Positions 59,381 through 64,000 of a DNA stretch of 64,000 nt are shown piece by piece. Source of the DNA: Cyanophora paradoxa CCMP329 (lineage: Eukaryota; Plantae; Glaucophyta); NCBI GenBank assembly GCA_004431415.1, contig QPMI01000632.1:62001-126000 (forward strand). The letters run 5' to 3'. The first letter of the stretch is position 1. Every line of letters starts with the position of its first letter. The notes under the pieces are model-generated. The model ran no database searches. It saw only the letters and a program-made list of their open reading frames with translations, and was not told the origin of the DNA. A program made the position numbers and the translations under genes.

Positions 59381-60381
59381 ATGGCTGATCTGCTCAACCG
59401 GGTCACTTTCTACAGAACAAACTCTGTGAGCGAGCGAACCCAAAGCCTCTACGCCCGCTGGGTCGTCCTCTATGAAGGCCATTGCGCGGTTCACTGCATT
59501 CCAGCCTGGCCACCAACAGCTTCTGGCGTCGCAACACTGCTGGTGGCTCTTGCTGATGAAGAGTACGGTCTCTCAGCAATTGACCAGTGTCACTCTGCTC
59601 TGCTACATCAGACAAGGCAGAGGATGTTGCCTACTACTGCATTTGCTCACCCCCTTGTGCTGCAAACATTGCAAGGAATCGCCCGACTTTGTGGAAAACC
59701 AGCAAAGCAATCTGCATTGGTCACGTCCGTCCACCTGGAGGCGATTGCTCGTACCTACGCTCGTTCCCCCTCAAACAAGCTCCTTCGCGCCCTTGTGATG
59801 TTGCTTACCGGTTTCTTTGGCCTGTTGCGGCGTGGCGAAATCGTGGCACTCCGGCGGCAAGATGTGTCCATCCGCGCGGATCGCGTCGTGCTCTTCATTG
59901 CCGGTTCCAAGACCGATCGTCGTCGCCAAGGCGCGCCAGTTGTCTTGGGCGCTGTCCCAGAGTCGGTCATCTGTCCGGTGTTCTGGTTTCGAACCTACTT
60001 GCGGACTGTAGCGCTCGCGGATCCGGGCGCACCTCTTTTTGGGCAGCTTCGGGACGCAGCTCGTTCTCTGTCAGCTCAGACCGTGGCCTATGTTCTCCGG
60101 TTCGCATTTGACGCGGCGGCTTGGACGCCACTGGTATCACACCTCATGGCTTGCGTCGCGGTGGAGCTACTGCTCTGGCTGCGGCGGGCGTGCCTGAAGA
60201 GCTTGTTCAAGCGGTTGGTCGCTGGTCTTTGTTGTCAGCGGTCTACCGACGCTATATCGATTCTGCTGAGCGCCCGCCCTTGGCTGCGCTCATGGCTAGG
60301 CCTGGTGCTCGTTACGCTGGCCCGTCAGCTTCGCTGCAGTCATGTCGGCAGCAAGTCGCGCGTACTCGGCGCAGTAGTTGA
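59381..60381 (+). CDS. Tyrosine recombinase with an apparent 1-nt frameshift at ~60118
   Basis: LLRRGE, SKTD and CPV are in frame 59381. TPHGLRRGGAT, GRWS and YRRY are in frame 60121-60381. Confidence 0.88.
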
Positions 60382-60794
60382 TTGTCTAGTCTTAGAGTCT
60401 TGCTTCGCAGTTGTGCGCCTTTGCTGTGCTGTCGGCGCTTGTCTCCCTCGCTCACAAGCGAGGGCAAGCTGTGTAACTTGCTGAGCGGCTTGTTCCCTAG
60501 CCGCTCGAGCGGCTTTGCTTAGCCGCTTTCAATGTGTGTTAGCAATGCCCATTGTTTACTATGCCTTCCTTCAGTCATCTTTAAGCCATTGTTAGTGCCA
60601 ACCATTGATATCTTTTGATGAATAATTGATCAACAATTGATCACTAATGTTCAATCATTCTATGTCCGCAAGACTCACTCTGCAGCGTGCGCTAGCTGAT
60701 GTCCTCGAGCGCAGTTGCAGCTTGCCCTTTCTTGTGAGCGAGCGAGTCATGATCTTAGCTTCGCGGCTTTGGCAAGCGCGAATCTAGACCTTCA

Positions 60795-60855
60795 CTTCAT
60801 GACAAGACATGTTGTGCTTAGCTTGCTGTAAGCAAGGCTGCCGTGGCAGCCATAC
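60795..60855 (+). repeat. Split direct repeat B2 (61 bp)
   Basis: Identical by eye to 56974-57034. Confidence 0.95.
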
Positions 60856-61112
60856 ATGCATTATACAACTCGAGGATTCAATTTATCAAAACGCCTCAGA
60901 TACTCGGTACTGTACATCCGGGTCTTAGCAGGGTGGATCTTAGCTTGTGTCTTCAATCGCTGATCATGACCCGAATTCGCATTCACAAAAAACACTTCCA
61001 AAAAAACACTCCGGAGGAGGATCCGGATCCGGAATCCGGGAACTCCGAGGCTCAGTCCCGCCGCTCAGACCTCGGGTCTTACTAAGTCAGGCTCTTAGCA
61101 GGGTGGATCCTA

Positions 61113-61348
61113 CCGTAGACGACTTATATACCGCGCTGACTTAAATACCGCGCTGCCAAATTACCGCGCTCAAAATTTTTAGAACGCAGTAATTTGGTAG
61201 CGCAGTATTACCCCCTTTGCTAACAAATAATTATAATACATTTTCGAAGACGATGGAACGCGGTAATTTGGTAGCGCGGTAAAGCGCATACCGGCGCCGA
61301 AATTTTAGAACGCGGTAATATGTGGCGCGGTATTTAAGTCGTCTACGG
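61113..61348. mobile_element. MITE, Tc1/mariner-pogo-like (TA target duplication)
   Basis: TA|CCGTAGACGACTTATATACCGCGC ... GCGCGGTATTTAAGTCGTCTACGG|TA, a 24-bp TIR with 1 mismatch. ACCGCG motifs are repeated internally in both orientations. Confidence 0.85.
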
Positions 61349-62108
61349 TAGTATCATCCTACTAGCTATCATCCTAGCACGGACTCCCACCGACTACTAG
61401 CTAGTACTTCGGTAGTTCGAACGGTTCGAGCCCCCCAGTCACTGAGTTTAGGGCCTGCTGGGCCAGTGCTGGCCCTGCTCACGCAGAGTCACACTGCCGC
61501 CACACTGCCGGCGCCCCGGCGTGCTACGTCACCAAGCCTATGTGCCCACTGGCCACTGTCCACTGCCCACACTGCCCACTGCCCTGGGCCACAGGCCCAC
61601 AGACTCTGAGACGGCCCACAGACTCGGCCACAGTGCCCACTGCCCGGTGCCAAGTGCCCACTGCCCACTGCCCTCCAGGCTCCAGAGTCCAGACTCGAGC
61701 TCCAGGCTACTAGTACTTAAGCTGACTCTCAGTGAGCTTCCGAAGTTCGCCAGCAACTTTGGCAGCAAGTCCAGCTGCAGCAGTCTAGCTATAGTCGTCT
61801 AGCTCGATCGCAGCGCGCACTCTAGATCAGATCTCGGTCTCCGGGGTCCATCAGAGAGAAGCTCAGCTCAGCAGGTCAAAGCTTAAGCCCAGCCGCTTAA
61901 GCACACGAGCTTCTGTGTGTCGTTCAACGCACGAGCGCGGAAATGTCGGTCGGCTACGGCAACGGTTTCAACGCGAGTGCGCACACGCGCGCGCGCGGAA
62001 CATGTGTCATTAGCATTTTGTGCCCCCGCCCAGTTTCGTGTTCGCTAAGTGCGCCTCGCCGAGTCGTACGCGTGAGCTGAGAAAACCAATTGCAACTGCG
62101 ACATGGAC

Positions 62109-62895
62109 AGATAGCGAGTGCTTCAAAAACTCGGATTGTACGGGCTACACCGGTCTCACCATCAGCGCCAACGACAAGAGCTGGGTGGCCAGCCAGTGCT
62201 ACAAGGAGAGCTCGACGGGATCGTTCAGATACGACGATGGCTCCACAAAGACCTGCCATAAGGTGCAGAAGGATCCGGAGGTTCTCGCTTATGTGTATCC
62301 TCTCCCGCTGAACACTCCTTCGGCACAGATCAGCGACATTAAAAATAGTAAGAAATCTCGATCTTCTGCGCATATGGGTCGCGAACGTAAACACTCGCTG
62401 CGCCGCCGCCGACTCGCCGCGCCGGCAGACTACTCGTGCTATCCTACCTCCAACTGCTCCGGCACGGCCAGCCCGACCGGCAACACTGACTTCCACTCTG
62501 CACTCATGAACTGCGTGAACAACTTCAAGCTGTCGCTGAAGTTCGGGTCTAGGTGCTACTCGCAGCTCGACGACGAGGAGCAGGTGCGCCTTGCAGGCGT
62601 GGGCCGCTAGCGCTGTGGGATATCGATGTGACCCGCGCCGGGATCCGGATCCGGAGCCAAATCGCTCGAACCCGCAGGTGGTGAGCGTGGACGAGTCTGA
62701 GGCCGAGGCCGACATGGACGCCGCAGAGATCGAAGCCGAGATCGAGTGCGAGGCCGCGGTGCGCTCCGGATCCGCAATATTTCATGGCGGGAGCGCTCGC
62801 GGTGAATTCGAACGGAATAAATCTTGACTTGCGGCGCGCGGTATGCGCAGATGCTTGCGGATGCAGAGTGCATCGACTTCGAGGCGTGCGCCTGA
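62109..62895 (+). CDS. Small Cys-domain protein with acidic C-terminal tail, copy 1 (5' end not resolved)
   Basis: Exons DSECFKNSDCTG..., DYSCYPTSNCSG...YSQLDDEEQ, VVSVDESEAEADMDAAEIEAEIECEAA and MLADAECIDFEACA-TGA, with canonical introns. Confidence 0.6.
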
Positions 62896-63289
62896 TCATG
62901 ATCATAACCGCCCTACGCCGAGATCTATATATAGCGCCAGCTATTACCGGTAGCTTCGAATTCGGGTTGTGAACAGTATATATATCTCTTCACGTGTATA
63001 CATGGCCGAATGCATATATATGGCCCTGTACACTGAACCCGTTTAGCAAGAAAAAGGCGGCCGCGGCCGCGGCCACGGTGGGGGCCGGGCCACCATGCGA
63101 GGCTCATGATCACGTGCGCGCCTTCACGCCAGTGATGGTATACAAAATTCATGGCGACTCGTGACCTCTGCGACACAGTGACTATCATCATGATCAAGTC
63201 AAGAGTGGGGCGGGAGTATTTACAAGATCTCTGACGTCACGAAGAGTGCGAGAGCCTCTCTTTGATCGCGCACGTGATCGAAGCCTCTA

Positions 63290-63829
63290 GATGTAACTCG
63301 CTTGTCGTCGTCTGCAAATTACACCTGCTACAGGGGCTCTGGCTGCACCGGCTCGATCCCCGCTTCCGGCTCGAATAAAAATTTCGGAGATGCGATTCTT
63401 CACTGCGCTAACAACGCCTCGCTTTCCATGAAGTGGGACACCCATTACTACAGCCAACTTGATGATGAGGCTCAGGTGCGCTCGCGCAGCCGCTGAGCGC
63501 AAACGCGCGCGAAAGCTTCTGTAATATTATACCGCGTGTCTGAAACCAATTGCAATGTATATATATGCATCATACCAACATTTGAAACTGTAAGCTTGCA
63601 ATTGTTGATAGAACACGCATTCCGGCAGGCCCTGGGCGTCGAAGAGCTCGAGGCAGACCTTGAGGAAGCCGACATGGACGCCGCAGAGATCGAAGCCGAG
63701 ATGGATTCCGAGGCCGCGGTGCGCTTATAATTACAGCACAGCTTTGCTGCAGTAAACGCCAGTGAATTAATATTGGAATCGCAGATGCTTGCGCATGCGG
63801 AGTGCATCGAATTCGATGCCTGTGCTTGA
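63290..63829 (+). CDS. Paralog of 62109-62895 (partial or 5'-truncated)
   Basis: NYTCYRGSGCTG...YSQLDDEAQ | ALGVEELEADLEEADMDAAEIEAEMDSEAA | MLAHAECIEFDACA-TGA, with the same intron positions as copy 1. Confidence 0.55.
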
Positions 63830-63850
63830 CGCTCTTCTTCTAATGATAAA

Positions 63851-63903
63851 CTAGTGGCCCCGCCGCGTTTTGGCGCGCCGGGGGTGCAAGGGGGGAATCG
63901 GGA
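63851..63903 (-). mobile_element. Helitron-like 3' terminus (second copy)
   Basis: Minus strand reads CCCCCGGCGCG-CCAAAA-CGCGGCGGGG-CCA-CTAG followed by T. Homologous to 3149-3202. Confidence 0.55.
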
Positions 63904-64000
63904 CCGCTCTTCGGTCGCAACTCGAGCGCTCGGTTTGCCGCTGATGCGCTCGCAAGAGCTGGTCAGCTCGCAAGAGCGGCGGAGGCAGCCAAGCGCAGGG

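Larger units (their letters stand above)
54988..60855 (+). mobile_element. Tyrosine-recombinase retrotransposon (DIRS/PAT-like) with split direct repeats
   Basis: Encodes gag (CCHC), RT-RNaseH-MT and YR. Repeat A is at 54988-55148 and 57035-57195. Repeat B is at 56974-57034 and 60795-60855. Confidence 0.95.

Noticed and set aside
60923-61109. 17-bp direct repeat TCTTAGCAGGGTGGATC at ~60923 and ~61093
   Set aside because: It could be a TSD or a local duplication, but the enclosed sequence has no element hallmarks.
61485-61680. CACTGCC-rich degenerate repeats and overlapping short ORFs
   Set aside because: Low-complexity simple repeat with no credible protein.

Overview
GC-rich, intron-dense eukaryotic genomic DNA. 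Introns are short (about 60-90 nt), with GTGCG/GTGAG donors, CTGAC branch points and YGCAG acceptors. The taxon cannot be assigned from this window, and most ORF-track entries are GC shadow frames. In order, the window holds: a secreted Cys-rich gene; a Helitron-like 3' end and a poly(A)-tailed insert; a full-length membrane adenylyl cyclase (minus strand); and an inverted, internally deleted cyclase copy that reads in frame into a giant receptor kinase (kelch, about 17 single-exon beta-sandwich modules including a 749-bp tandem array, kelch, SEA-like, TM, kinase). It then holds a coiled-coil gene, a second full-length cyclase, a degenerate copy of the coiled-coil gene and a very large low-complexity SET-domain gene. 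The end of the window has a tyrosine-recombinase (DIRS/PAT-like) retrotransposon, a MITE, two paralogous Cys-domain/acidic-tail genes and a second Helitron-like end. Four observations stand out. (1) The YR retroelement is built A-gag-B|A-pol-YR-B, two A...B units joined at a circle-junction sequence. (2) Its Gag appears to carry an N-terminal signal peptide. (3) The cyclase-kinase chimera. (4) The cyclases have inverted C2-C1 catalytic order. All gene models were read by eye and exon boundaries are approximate unless stated.
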